Positions 9,390 to 19,253 of a stretch of 64,000 nt of DNA are shown one piece after another (position 1 is the first letter of the stretch; every line of letters begins with the position of its first letter). Under the pieces are notes generated by a model. The model did not search any database, was not told the origin of the DNA, and worked only from the letters and a program-made list of their open reading frames with translations. Source of the DNA: Negativicutes bacterium (lineage in GTDB: Bacteria > Bacillota > Negativicutes > UBA1444); NCBI GenBank assembly GCA_963665275.2, contig CAXXIN010000007.1, forward strand, positions 544,001 to 608,000, written 5' to 3'. The position numbers and the translations under genes are program-made.

Positions 9390-11017
9390 CCCAGCATTTC
9401 CTCAAGTTCATTCATTTCTTTACTAATTTCATCTTCCAAAGTCTTGAGCTTGGCCAGAATCACTGTGGGCTTTTCATACACAACTTCTTCGAAAACATCC
9501 TCTTTATACTTGCTCATCGAAAGATCATAGTTTTGTGCCACAATCTCCTTTTGGGGCACAAAGAAAAACTTCGCCTTGCGATCGCTTGCTTTGTGCGGAT
9601 CACGGCTCTTATACTGCGTTACGATATCCTGCAGGTCGCCATATCCCTCCTGCTTTGCGCGCTTGTCATCCAGACTGCGGCCATCACTCTTCATGTCGTA
9701 GAACCAGACATTTTCCGTTTCACCGCCCTTGGTGAAGATCAGAATGGCGGTACTTACTCCGGCGTAGGGTTTGAAAACGCCGCTCGGCATTGCAATGACG
9801 GCTTTAAGTTCACATTTTGTGACGAGTATTTTCCGGGCTTCAACGAAGGCTTTGCCGCTACCGAACAAAACGCCCTGCGGTACGATCACGCCCGCAGTCC
9901 CTCCCATTTTCAGCAAGTTGTAGATGTTCTCCACGAACAGCAGTTCAGTTTTCGTAGTCTCCAGTTCCAGTGATTCATTGATATCGCCTTTGTCGATACT
10001 GCCGGTGAACGGCGGATTGGCCATCACGATCTGATACTTATTGACCTCTGCAAAGCCTTTGCTTAAGGTATCCTGGTAATCAATGTGCGGCGTGTCCACG
10101 CCATGCATCATTAGGTTCATCAGCGCCAGTCGGACCATCGTCACATCGATATCGTAGCCGTAAAGGCTGTCATTCAAAATATCACTAACATCTTTGGTCA
10201 AAAGACTACTCACCGAATTACGGATAAAGCCGTCTTCATCCGGTTGAAGATTCTTCTTGTTCTTGTCGAGTTGAGTCACTATATATTGATAAGCGCCCAA
10301 TAAAAAACCGCCGGTCCCGCAGGCCGGATCGGCAATTTGATGACCCAATTGAGGTTCGACCAGTTCCGCAATGAGCTTGATGATATGACGCGGCGTCCGA
10401 AACTGCCCATTCTTCCCAGCGCTGGCGATTTCGGAGAGAAGCATTTCATAGACATCTCCCTGAATATCTTGAAACGCCTGCCCACCTTCGTTGGCATCTC
10501 GTTCAATTTCCGCAAAAATCTCTTCAATGGTAGACATCGCTTCTGACAGCAATGTCGGTTTAGGAATAATGAAGACGGCGTTTTTCATATGATGCGTAAA
10601 TGAAGATTCATCCCCGTTGAGCGTTTTCAAGAAAGGGAAGACTCTTATCTGCACATGCAGAAGCCTTTCCTCTGGCGGCATGTGACTAAACTGGCTCCAG
10701 CGGAGAGTCTGCTTATCGACCCGGAACGGAGCTTCCTTCTCGTCTTTTTCTTTTTTTGCTTCGTCCAACGGTTTTGTTTCATCCAGTTTGAAAACATGCT
10801 CGGGCGGTACCCAATATCCCTCGAATTTTGACGTATAAGTCTCGTCGGCAAAATCTGCATCAGCGATTCTTTTGAGGTCCAGGTCATCCAAGCGCTTCAT
10901 AAACAAAAGGTATGTTATCTGCTCAATCGCCGTCAATGGGTTGGAAATGCCACCGCTCCAGAATTTATCCCAGAGGGAAGCAATTTTGCTTTTCAGTACC
11001 GGGTTATTTTGTAACAA
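9386..11017 (-). CDS. hsdM: Type I R-M methyltransferase subunit
   Basis: GQFRTPRHII, DPACGTGGFL and catalytic NPPF motifs. Confidence 0.95.
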   Translation of the reverse strand: MLQNNPVLKSKIASLWDKFWSGGISNPLTAIEQITYLLFMKRLDDLDLKRIADADFADETYTSKFEGYWVPPEHVFKLDETKPLDEAKKEKDEKEAPFRVDKQTLRWSQFSHMPPEERLLHVQIRVFPFLKTLNGDESSFTHHMKNAVFIIPKPTLLSEAMSTIEEIFAEIERDANEGGQAFQDIQGDVYEMLLSEIASAGKNGQFRTPRHIIKLIAELVEPQLGHQIADPACGTGGFLLGAYQYIVTQLDKNKKNLQPDEDGFIRNSVSSLLTKDVSDILNDSLYGYDIDVTMVRLALMNLMMHGVDTPHIDYQDTLSKGFAEVNKYQIVMANPPFTGSIDKGDINESLELETTKTELLFVENIYNLLKMGGTAGVIVPQGVLFGSGKAFVEARKILVTKCELKAVIAMPSGVFKPYAGVSTAILIFTKGGETENVWFYDMKSDGRSLDDKRAKQEGYGDLQDIVTQYKSRDPHKASDRKAKFFFVPQKEIVAQNYDLSMSKYKEDVFEEVVYEKPTVILAKLKTLEDEISKEMNELEEMLG

Positions 11018-11018
11018 G

Positions 11019-13817
11019 TTATGCTGCCACCTTTTTCGTCAATTCCAAAATTTCGTCGATTTCTTTCGGCGTGAATAAACCGCGGATTCCCTGCGGGTGC
11101 AATATTGTAAACGGGGATTCAATTAAATCCCGTTTCTGCACAGTCTCTTTGTCCAAAATAAATTCTTTCAGCAGATTCAAAAAGTCCAACTGCCGTGAGC
11201 TCAGATTCGTATGGCTGCGGATAAACTGATCAAAGGCTTTGGTGACCGTAGCCGGGAAACTCTCCAGGATTTCCAGACCCAATATGTGCCGGATGAATTG
11301 AAGCAAGGTTGCTTTCCGATTCTGATACACCGTCTTGAGCAACTCTTCGGTAATATGAGGATGTTCCTCGTGCAAGAGAGCCGCCAGGCTCTCCGCCTCT
11401 GCTTCGCTAATGGCTTTGCCTTCTTTGATCTTTTGCAGCACCGGATTGCTTTCCGTCAGTTCCGTGATCAGTCTTTCTACCATCTCGCGGTACTGGGAAA
11501 CACTCACCGTCGAATGTTCCGGTCCAAACTCCACGAACTCCTTGGTTTTCAACAAGTCGACAAAATCAAACTGCGCCGGTCCCGACGTTTGATGATCATT
11601 ATCCCGATATTTCATCAAGGCAGATATCTTTTCGGCCAGTTCATCAAAGGTCGCATCGGTTGCCTTGGCCCAAAAGCTATGGGTCTGAGCCGCCCGAATG
11701 ATGACCTCTTCCTTGGCGACAATATTCACGGACAGCGGCAGTTCTCCCACCACTTCGATAATATTATCCTTCAGCGTATCGTATTTTCTTTTGTCCTCCG
11801 CCAATTTCGCCAAGGATGCTTCCAGCAGATCTTTTTGAAAGCGCATCGCCTTAAAATCAGTTTGCGAAACCGTCCGAAACAACGGTTTGATGTAATCCCG
11901 CAAAAACTCGAGTTTTTCATGCGTCAGCCTTGTCCAGAAATTATCATCCGCTAGCTTTTGCAATTCCGTGGCGGCCCCTTGAATCACTACCGAATTTTGT
12001 GGGAGTTCTTCGATCTGTTGCCGGAGCTTGCGAATCTCTTTTGCGGCAATGGCATCGTTTTGCGTGTCGATTGCTGTTTCAATTTTATCGAGCCTGATTC
12101 CGATGAAACGCACTGGGAGTGGGATTTGCGGAAGGGTGTCTTTCCCTTCGGGGTGCAGTTTAAAATACTCAAAGTTGTCCCAGCAGTCTAGGATTAGGAA
12201 CCGGTCTTTTGTCGTGCACCAAGGCTTTATCTTGTGCGATTCCAACAGGCGCGTGCCGCGACCGATCATCTGCCAGAACTTTGTATAGGAAAATACCGGT
12301 TTCGCAAATACCAGGTTCACCAGTTCCCGAATATCAATGCCGGTATCCAGCATATCGACACTGAGGGCAATTCTCGGCAGGTCATTATGCGTGAACTGAT
12401 TCAGCAGCCCGCCCTTGCCATAGACACGGGGGTCATCGGAAACAAGTACTTTCGCCAATTCCCCGTGATACTCCGGGTATAGAGAATCGAAAATCTTTTC
12501 GATTCTTCGCGCGTGAGCCTTGGACGAACAGAAAAATATTGTTTTCCCCGGAAGAACCCCGTTGGAATCTTTGATAGATTCTTCCATGAACTCTTTGACG
12601 ATGAGCGCATTGGTGCCCTTATTGGTAACCGTTTTTTCCAGTTCAGTACCTTCAAAATTAATCTCTTCGACTTCTTTGCCTGCCAGGATCAACCGTTTTT
12701 GATCTTCTAGCGAGATCGTTCGTTTGCTGATTCCTTCATCCTGAAACTTGGTGTGTATCTTCATCACCTGAAAGTTGCACAAGTAAGGCGGCGCGTGGTT
12801 TACAGCTTCCGCGTACGTGTAGGCAAAGCTGGGCAGGCCATCGTCACAATGAAAGAGTTTGAAGGTGTTGTGGTCGATAATATCGGTCGGTGTCGCCGTG
12901 AGTCCGAGACTAAGTGCCTGGAAATAGTCCAGCACTTCGCCATAAGTGTTGTATATGGAGCGATGGCTTTCATCGATCACAATCAAATCAAAAAAGTGCG
13001 GAGAAAGAGTGTTGTCCTCTTCTCTGATAATATTGAGCATGGTGGGATAGGTGGAAACATAGATCCGGCGATCTTTGGCAACGAGTTTTTCGCCAACCTT
13101 CGGCCATAGGGGCTCGTTGGGCAAGTGTTCTTTGAAAGCGGTTAGCGCCTGTTCACGCAAGGCGATTCTATCCACCAGGAACAATACCCTCTCAACATGA
13201 CCCGCGCGCATAAGCGCATCAATCAGCGCAATGCATGTTCTGGTTTTTCCTGTCCCGGTAGCCATCACCAGCAAAAAACTGCGTTTTTTCTTCTCGATCC
13301 CTTCCATGACGGAACGAATGGCGCGAAGCTGATAATCTCGCCCGGCAATTTCTGTGTTAATCAATTCCTCAGCCAGATGCTTTCGATGCTCGCGAATATA
13401 TTGAAACCGCTCTAAGTCATCTCGAGTGGGATAGCCTACCACTTTTCGGGGAGGATAATGTTCCAAGTCCCAAAAATAAATCTCATGACCATTGGTGTAA
13501 AAACAGAACGGCAGTTTGGAACCATATTGTTTTTGAATGTTGTAGCAATACTGCTTCGCCTGTTCCCGCCCGACGGCAGCATCTTTCGCAGTCTTCTTTG
13601 CTTCGACAACCGCCAGCGGTTTTGCGTCTCGTCCCAATAAAACGTAGTCGCTATATTGATGACCGGCATAAGGAGATCGTTCCTCAGCAACCCGATCTAG
13701 GAACGGCACAGAAATATCAAACTCTTTGACAACTTGCGCCAGGTTATTTACATCCCAGCCCGCAGCAAAAAGCTTGGCGTCAATATGTTCTTTTCGCGTT
13801 TGGGCTTCAGATGTCAT
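11019..13817 (-). CDS. hsdR: Type I R-M restriction subunit (EcoEI-like C-terminus)
   Basis: Nuclease SDYVL...VVEAKK, helicase MATGTGKT, DESH, LTATP, QMIGRGTR. Likely start MTSEAQ at 13817. Confidence 0.95.
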   Translation of the reverse strand: MTSEAQTRKEHIDAKLFAAGWDVNNLAQVVKEFDISVPFLDRVAEERSPYAGHQYSDYVLLGRDAKPLAVVEAKKTAKDAAVGREQAKQYCYNIQKQYGSKLPFCFYTNGHEIYFWDLEHYPPRKVVGYPTRDDLERFQYIREHRKHLAEELINTEIAGRDYQLRAIRSVMEGIEKKKRSFLLVMATGTGKTRTCIALIDALMRAGHVERVLFLVDRIALREQALTAFKEHLPNEPLWPKVGEKLVAKDRRIYVSTYPTMLNIIREEDNTLSPHFFDLIVIDESHRSIYNTYGEVLDYFQALSLGLTATPTDIIDHNTFKLFHCDDGLPSFAYTYAEAVNHAPPYLCNFQVMKIHTKFQDEGISKRTISLEDQKRLILAGKEVEEINFEGTELEKTVTNKGTNALIVKEFMEESIKDSNGVLPGKTIFFCSSKAHARRIEKIFDSLYPEYHGELAKVLVSDDPRVYGKGGLLNQFTHNDLPRIALSVDMLDTGIDIRELVNLVFAKPVFSYTKFWQMIGRGTRLLESHKIKPWCTTKDRFLILDCWDNFEYFKLHPEGKDTLPQIPLPVRFIGIRLDKIETAIDTQNDAIAAKEIRKLRQQIEELPQNSVVIQGAATELQKLADDNFWTRLTHEKLEFLRDYIKPLFRTVSQTDFKAMRFQKDLLEASLAKLAEDKRKYDTLKDNIIEVVGELPLSVNIVAKEEVIIRAAQTHSFWAKATDATFDELAEKISALMKYRDNDHQTSGPAQFDFVDLLKTKEFVEFGPEHSTVSVSQYREMVERLITELTESNPVLQKIKEGKAISEAEAESLAALLHEEHPHITEELLKTVYQNRKATLLQFIRHILGLEILESFPATVTKAFDQFIRSHTNLSSRQLDFLNLLKEFILDKETVQKRDLIESPFTILHPQGIRGLFTPKEIDEILELTKKVAA

Positions 13818-14027
13818 TGATTGTCCTTTCCGCAAAGAAATGCTGCCGATATTGTTGTCGGCAGTTCCCTGCATGCAATTTTATGGCCCCTGTCAATTCT
13901 ATTGATTACACAACTGACTTAAATAGTGTATTGCTTAATCAAGTTTTATTCCACATCTTTTGATAATTCCCCTTCTTGTTAGTTGTTATTGGGAAGGCAT
14001 CTTGCAACAAAGTTCGGATTTCATTTC

Positions 14028-14152
14028 TGCGCATTCGTTCGACCTCCGAGGGTGCAAAAAATCGCCTGAACCTAAGTCCCGGCGAACACAAATCCAACCT
14101 ATTCAAAATACCCCAAAGCTACGAACCCTTATTATTAGCGCTTATTTCCGTT
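14028..14152 (-). repeat. att arm copy C (rlmD-like tail plus conserved hairpin region)
   Basis: Aligns with 16491-16640 and 58627-58774: TAA GCGCTAATAATAAGGGTTCG...TTCGCCGGGACTTAGGTTCAGGCGATTTTTT...ACCCTCGGAGGTC. Confidence 0.9.
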
Positions 14153-14340
14153 ACTGAGTAGAACAGTGGGGTTGCCACCGCCCCCTCATCAAACCGTACG
14201 GGCAGTATACTGCACACGGCTTTCCAATATTCTTCTTCCCTCAGCATTCAGCTAACACGCATCCAGGCAAGACCACTGAAATAAATGAGTTTACGAATTC
14301 CACTCATATGGCCCAATCTATACAGGCGTTGTCGATTGGA
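14153..14340 (-). ncRNA. Group II intron 3' remnant (end of the intron ORF, domains V and VI)
   Basis: Minus strand reads GGAAAGCCGTGTGCAGTATACTGCCCGTACGGTTTGATGAGGGGGCGGTGGCAACCCCACTGTTCTACTCAGT, a domain V/VI pattern. It is preceded by a short ORF tail, NRQRLYRLGHMSGIRKLIYFSGLAWMRVS*. Confidence 0.8.
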
Positions 14341-14341
14341 A

Positions 14342-15550
14342 TCAAATCAGTTCATGTAACGCATCTGCAATTTCTTCAAATGAAACAACAGTGAACAATT
14401 CCCATATAATCCTGTCGTTTCTCTTGTTAAATAGTTCCGCGCTCAAGCTGTCGATTCCGGCAAAGTTAAGCTTTAAAACTTCACGAACGTCTTTAATCTT
14501 TTTCCCACGTTCAGGTCCATATATTGCGCCAAAATTCAGCCTGTCGATCAGATCCTGCATTTCTCGAAATCGCTTAATTTTGTTGTCACCCTGAAAAATA
14601 TAATTGGCCAAAAGTTCCAAATGGCATCCAGCAATTGCCCACTGAGCCTTATCGCGTCTAACACTATTCCGAAGATATAACGATTGAAAGTCGTTCGCCC
14701 TTTGCAGCAGCTCGTCGTCGTTTTCAATATTTTGAACCTGGCGAATCAACAGTTTCATGTCTGCGAAGAGCAAGTCGGGATCATATGAAATATCATGTAT
14801 TGTGCACTCAAATTCAGCTGCCTTTTTATAGTTTGCCAGTACGAACTCCTTATTATCAATAATTCGATCCATATTGAAACTAAACAAAGTAATCACGTCA
14901 TAAATCTGCTTAAACTGTTCATCTGCTCTCTCGGCAGGAACTCCTATCGTATTAGGCCCGAGTGTAGTTAATTTGTCAGCGAACAGCATTTCCAATGTCA
15001 ATAAATTAAATTCTTTTTCAGTCTCTAGCGCGAACAAACTGTTTGGCTTAACTTTTTGCCATTGATATTCCTGCGCTGAAAATAAAAATTCAATTTTTAC
15101 TTCCTGTTTTCCGTTTTGGGCATATAGGTCTGCCCTATTACAAATAGTTGGAACTGTAACAAAATATGTTTCCAGCTCACCCAGTCCAAGTTTGGGATGT
15201 TTGGGCTTGTAGAGTCTGAATTTGCAATACTCTCCGTCGCCCTGAAGATCCGCTTCCACTTCTGCAAGGGCAGCATGCACATCTTCACGGGTTGCCAAGC
15301 TAATCATGTCAATATCTATGCTGGTTCTTTGGGTTGCAGCGGGAATGTAGAACTGCGTTGCCGCACCGCCTTTCAGCATGATTTTCTCTCCAAGCTTTTT
15401 TTGCAGCTGCAAGAACATCTCCAAATCCCAGATAAAAAGTTCAAACTTAGCTTTTGAATTGAATCCGCCATCTGTCATACGCTTTTCTATCTCGCTTTTT
15501 TCAAAAACCGTCGGTCCTAAGATGAGATTTTCTTGTTTTATCCCCTCCAT
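14342..15550 (-). CDS. AbiEii-like nucleotidyltransferase toxin (type IV TA / abortive infection)
   Basis: MLKGGAATQFY...RTSIDIDM (GG...DxD nucleotidyltransferase motif), ADKLTTL, YDV. Overlaps the upstream antitoxin gene. Confidence 0.8.
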   Translation of the reverse strand: MEGIKQENLILGPTVFEKSEIEKRMTDGGFNSKAKFELFIWDLEMFLQLQKKLGEKIMLKGGAATQFYIPAATQRTSIDIDMISLATREDVHAALAEVEADLQGDGEYCKFRLYKPKHPKLGLGELETYFVTVPTICNRADLYAQNGKQEVKIEFLFSAQEYQWQKVKPNSLFALETEKEFNLLTLEMLFADKLTTLGPNTIGVPAERADEQFKQIYDVITLFSFNMDRIIDNKEFVLANYKKAAEFECTIHDISYDPDLLFADMKLLIRQVQNIENDDELLQRANDFQSLYLRNSVRRDKAQWAIAGCHLELLANYIFQGDNKIKRFREMQDLIDRLNFGAIYGPERGKKIKDVREVLKLNFAGIDSLSAELFNKRNDRIIWELFTVVSFEEIADALHELI

Positions 15551-16326
15551 GGCTCCTCCTTCAATTGATACCTCATGAATTCCAATGTTTTTTCTGGCAA
15601 CCTATTCAATTCTATAAGCCAATTGATTTCCCTGACGATTCCTCTATCTTTTGCAGAAATCTTCATTTTTTCCATTGCAACAGTTTTGTTTCTGCGCAAA
15701 CTTTGATAGATTCGTGACAGTTCAGGAATAGCAATACCATAGCCCATCCTAGTTACTGAGTAATATAGATCGACAAATCCCTTTTCTTTCCGGGCTATAT
15801 GCTCCTTTGACAGCGAAAAGTCCTTCCCTGTAAATAGCACAACGTCAACTTGATCAATATTTATTGTTTTGCCTATGATGTTTCTTTCTTTTTCGGTTAG
15901 CGCCATTAGTAGCTTTTCCTTCAGTATTCCTTGTATTTCGTTTATCCCGCTTTCCTCAGCTACTATCAAGGTTGGATACTTTTCTGGCACATGCAAAATT
16001 TCACCAACCAAAGCATCCAAGCCAGAGATATAAAAATTGTATCCGTAGTCTATAAGAGTATCGTAAATTACCTGTGACTGCTTTTGCATGTAATTATATC
16101 CCATCGCATTATGTTCCTTGACCCCAGTCAGGGCATAGTACCCATGCCCCGTTTTATAAAGTTTCCCGCGCTGAACCAATTCATATAGTCGCCAAGAAAT
16201 AGTTTTTTTGTTGATATCCGGATACAGTGAATATATTGTTCTAACATCTATTTCGTTGCCACTTTCCATGTGTCTTGAAAGTTCATTATAAAATTTCTCT
16301 TCAATTGACACGTTATTCGAATCCAC
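15538..16326 (-). CDS. AbiEi-like antitoxin / transcriptional regulator
   Basis: N-terminal winged helix (TISWRLYELVQRGKLYKTGHGYY), YISG and EKGFVDLY motifs. Directly upstream of the toxin gene. Confidence 0.7.
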   Translation of the reverse strand: MDSNNVSIEEKFYNELSRHMESGNEIDVRTIYSLYPDINKKTISWRLYELVQRGKLYKTGHGYYALTGVKEHNAMGYNYMQKQSQVIYDTLIDYGYNFYISGLDALVGEILHVPEKYPTLIVAEESGINEIQGILKEKLLMALTEKERNIIGKTINIDQVDVVLFTGKDFSLSKEHIARKEKGFVDLYYSVTRMGYGIAIPELSRIYQSLRRNKTVAMEKMKISAKDRGIVREINWLIELNRLPEKTLEFMRYQLKEEPWRG

Positions 16327-16336
16327 ACTGCACCTC

Positions 16337-16433
16337 TCAAAACTTTTTTAGCAAATTTATTTTTTGCTCATTTTGTTTTGTTAAGTATATCAAAACTTTT
16401 TGAGCAAATCAATGTTTTGGATCGAAAGTTTTG
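16337..16433. promoter_or_regulatory. Two imperfect inverted repeats, probable AbiEi operators
   Basis: Left arms TCAAAACTTTTT(T/G)AGCAAAT at 16337-16356 and 16390-16409 (19/20 identical). Each is followed by a degenerate inverted arm ending GTTTTG. Confidence 0.6.
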
Positions 16434-16490
16434 CGAATAATTGTTTCGATTTCAATTGCAAACCCTCTTTTGCTCAGGCTTAGTAACTTC

Positions 16491-16652
16491 CGCGCAAACG
16501 TTCGACCCCCGGGGGTGCAAAAAATCGCCTGAACCTAAGTCCAGGCGAACATATATCACACCCATCCAATTATCCCCAATCTCGCGAACCCTTATTATTC
16601 GCGCCTATTGCTTCTCTATCAACGCGACGCACTCGACGTGCCATTTGATAGA
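16491..16652 (-). repeat. att arm copy B / distal junction of element A (displaced rlmD-like 3' end)
   Basis: Encodes HVECVALIEKQ*, against HVECIALIEKQ* in rlmD. Inverted repeat TCTATCAA (16615-16622)/TTGATAGA (16645-16652) is centred on GA at 16633-16634. Conserved hairpin tail follows. Confidence 0.92.
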
Positions 16653-16726
16653 AAGGTGATACTAATACGCGTAATTGGAGATTCGCGAGAAGGTTTACCC
16701 CCTTTGAAGAAGGGGGGGCGATGATA

Positions 16727-18736
16727 CTACTCCGCCCTAACATCAACCTTTGTGTCATAAAAAGTACTGCCGGCAGCTTTGTCAGTTAATCGTTGAGAGG
16801 TAAGGGCGTTCACACCTCGCTTTCCAGGGGCGTTCTTAATCCACCAAACCCCTTCGGCAACGGCAACCCCCGACGGCACTTTTTCTGTTGTTTTAAGGAT
16901 GAAGGTGACCTCACCGCGGCAATTAAACGCCACTACCCGTTGCCCATCTGTCAGATTCTTAGCGGCAGCATCAACAAGGTTCATCTGCAAAGTCATGAAA
17001 GTCTGAGCCTTGTCCCCGACAAGATCGTACCGTTCATTAAAAGAAGAGTTAAGCATAATTGTGGTCGGGGCAGTCATCAGCCAATAGGGCGCTTCATCAC
17101 CATTAGGCGCAAAGTAACTTGGTATCGAATCGACTTCTGAGGGATTACGAACTTCAATTTTGCCGGAGGGTGTTCTGAAATCCATTTTATAGCCCGCTGG
17201 CAGTGGCAATTCAATTGGCTTGCCGGATTTTAGTTTTTCCATATCAACGCTAGCCAACCAGGGATTGGGGTTATCCAGCAGATGATCGATTAATTCGTCG
17301 GCAGTCTGCTGAAAATATGTTTCTTCAAATCCCATAGCTTTAGCTAATAAACCGAATACATCCCAGTTGGATTTGGCTTCGCCAACAGATGGTATGGCCG
17401 GATAGGCCCGTTGCATGCAATAGTGCCCGTAGGCTATGAAAAGATCACTGGTTTCCACTGAAGAAGCTGCCGGCAGGACAACGTCGGCGAAGTTTGCCGT
17501 ATCAGTCATAAATCGTTCATGCACCACGGTAAACAGGTCGTCGCGCTTAAGTCCCTCAAATACTGCGTTTTGGTCAGGTGTAACGGCGGCCGGGTTGGAT
17601 TGGTAAACGTAAAGACCCATTACGGGGTTAACCGGCGTTGTCAACGCCCCGCCCAATTGATTCATGTTAATAATCCGTGTCGGCTTTTCCATAAAGTCTT
17701 CGCGAGTTATGGCAGCCATATTAAGCGCGCTGGCGGTAGATATGTTTCCCATTAAGCCGCCCCCCGGTTTTGCCCAGGCGCCGATCAGCGCCGGCAAGCA
17801 GCTGATGATGCGCACCGTGGTTGCACCGTTTCCATATCGCGACAACCCTGAACCCAACCTGATGAAGGGCGCTCTCGCTTTTGCATATTCTCTGGCAAGC
17901 GCTTCGATGGTACTGACCGTTAGGCCTGTGATCTCACTTACAACGCATGGCGAGTACTGGGGTAGAATGTTGTCTCTAAGTTCCTCATAACCTTGAACAT
18001 ACTTGTCAACAAACGCGTCGTCCGCCAGGTCATCTCTGGCGATGATATGCATAATTCCAAGAGCTAATGCACCGTCACTGCCCGGTTTGGTTAAAAAGAC
18101 CCGGTCAGCGATTTGCGCCGTTGGGGTTTCATAGGTATCCACCAACCATACAGTAGCGCCTCGCTTCCTGGCCTCTCTTATCCCGTGCAAAAAGTGTATA
18201 TTTGTGGCAACGGCATTAATCCCCCAAAGGATAATCAGATCACTTTCCATAACTTCGTCTGGATGCGGCGCGAGGGTATTTCCCATTACCGATTTCCATC
18301 CATATCCCTTGGCAGGGGAACAGATCGTCCTGTCAAGTCGGGTGGCGCCTAAACGGTTTAAAAAAGCCTGACCAACATTACGCTGCACTAAACCCATTGT
18401 TCCCGCATACGAGTAAGGCAAAATGGCTTCCGAACCATGAGCTGCGATAATTCCCTGCCACCGACTGGCAATATGATCGATCGCCTCGTCCCAGCTGACT
18501 GAACGGAATTGCCCACTGCCTTTACTGCCTGAACGCAATAACGGCTTAGTTATTCGCAAAGGTGAGTGCACCGTTCTTTCGTAGTGCACCATTTTAGGGC
18601 AGAGGGTCCCGCGGGTGAAGGAGTGCTCCGGGTCACCCAGCACCTGCACTACCTGATCATTTTCCGTATAGATCAATAACCCGCAAGTATCGGGGCAATC
18701 ATATGGGCATACTGAGCGTTTAATTTCGGTTGCCAT
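16727..18736 (-). CDS. Molybdopterin-dependent oxidoreductase
   Basis: N-terminal CPYDCPDTC...GTLCPK Fe-S motif, FTVVHERFMTDTANFADVVLPA, C-terminal NALTSQRLTD. Confidence 0.88.
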   Translation of the reverse strand: MATEIKRSVCPYDCPDTCGLLIYTENDQVVQVLGDPEHSFTRGTLCPKMVHYERTVHSPLRITKPLLRSGSKGSGQFRSVSWDEAIDHIASRWQGIIAAHGSEAILPYSYAGTMGLVQRNVGQAFLNRLGATRLDRTICSPAKGYGWKSVMGNTLAPHPDEVMESDLIILWGINAVATNIHFLHGIREARKRGATVWLVDTYETPTAQIADRVFLTKPGSDGALALGIMHIIARDDLADDAFVDKYVQGYEELRDNILPQYSPCVVSEITGLTVSTIEALAREYAKARAPFIRLGSGLSRYGNGATTVRIISCLPALIGAWAKPGGGLMGNISTASALNMAAITREDFMEKPTRIINMNQLGGALTTPVNPVMGLYVYQSNPAAVTPDQNAVFEGLKRDDLFTVVHERFMTDTANFADVVLPAASSVETSDLFIAYGHYCMQRAYPAIPSVGEAKSNWDVFGLLAKAMGFEETYFQQTADELIDHLLDNPNPWLASVDMEKLKSGKPIELPLPAGYKMDFRTPSGKIEVRNPSEVDSIPSYFAPNGDEAPYWLMTAPTTIMLNSSFNERYDLVGDKAQTFMTLQMNLVDAAAKNLTDGQRVVAFNCRGEVTFILKTTEKVPSGVAVAEGVWWIKNAPGKRGVNALTSQRLTDKAAGSTFYDTKVDVRAE

Positions 18737-18799
18737 GAACATCTCCTCCAATAACATTGCGTCAGATATATACATGAACCAGTTACGTCTGTGTGACTA

Positions 18800-19135
18800 T
18801 TACTGCCTATACCTTTTTTAAAGCTATCCCGGAAAGAGTCAAATAGATGAAGCGCAGCTAATGTGGGGTGTTGAAACATCATCCGAGGTCCTGAAAACCG
18901 CATGACATCCTTAATTTTATTCCGCATTATTCACAGAATAACAGTGAACCGGACAATGCAAGCACACTGGTTTGTGCTCGCCAAATTTACAACTATCCAG
19001 CCTTTTACAAGCATAATCCAGCAGGGCCTGGCAATCCTCACATTTCACTTTATCCGTTCGATGTTTGGCTTTGCAATATATCAATATCATTTTTTCAACA
19101 CAGATTTTTTCTCTGGTTATTCTTTTCCCCAGCAT
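18800..19135 (-). pseudogene. YgbA-like (nitrous-oxide-stimulated promoter family) protein, frameshifted; 3' end approximate
   Basis: REKICVEKMILIYC...CEDC...RLDSCKFGEHKPVCLHCPVHCY continues in another frame as MRNKIKDVMRFSGPRMM. One extra base near 18930. Confidence 0.7.
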
Positions 19136-19253
19136 GCCTGCCCTCCCAAACGACGCTCTTGGATAGATATCATTGAATTTCAAGCAGGCTTGTTTAGGGG
19201 ATTACTAATATCTAAATTCGAATTCGACTCACCAGCCGGCCCTTTATGTCACC

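Noticed and set aside
14028-16652. Repeated hairpin units as a CRISPR array or REP-type repeats
   Set aside because: There are only three copies, kilobases apart, each tied to an rlmD-like 3' end. No regular spacers or cas genes are present.
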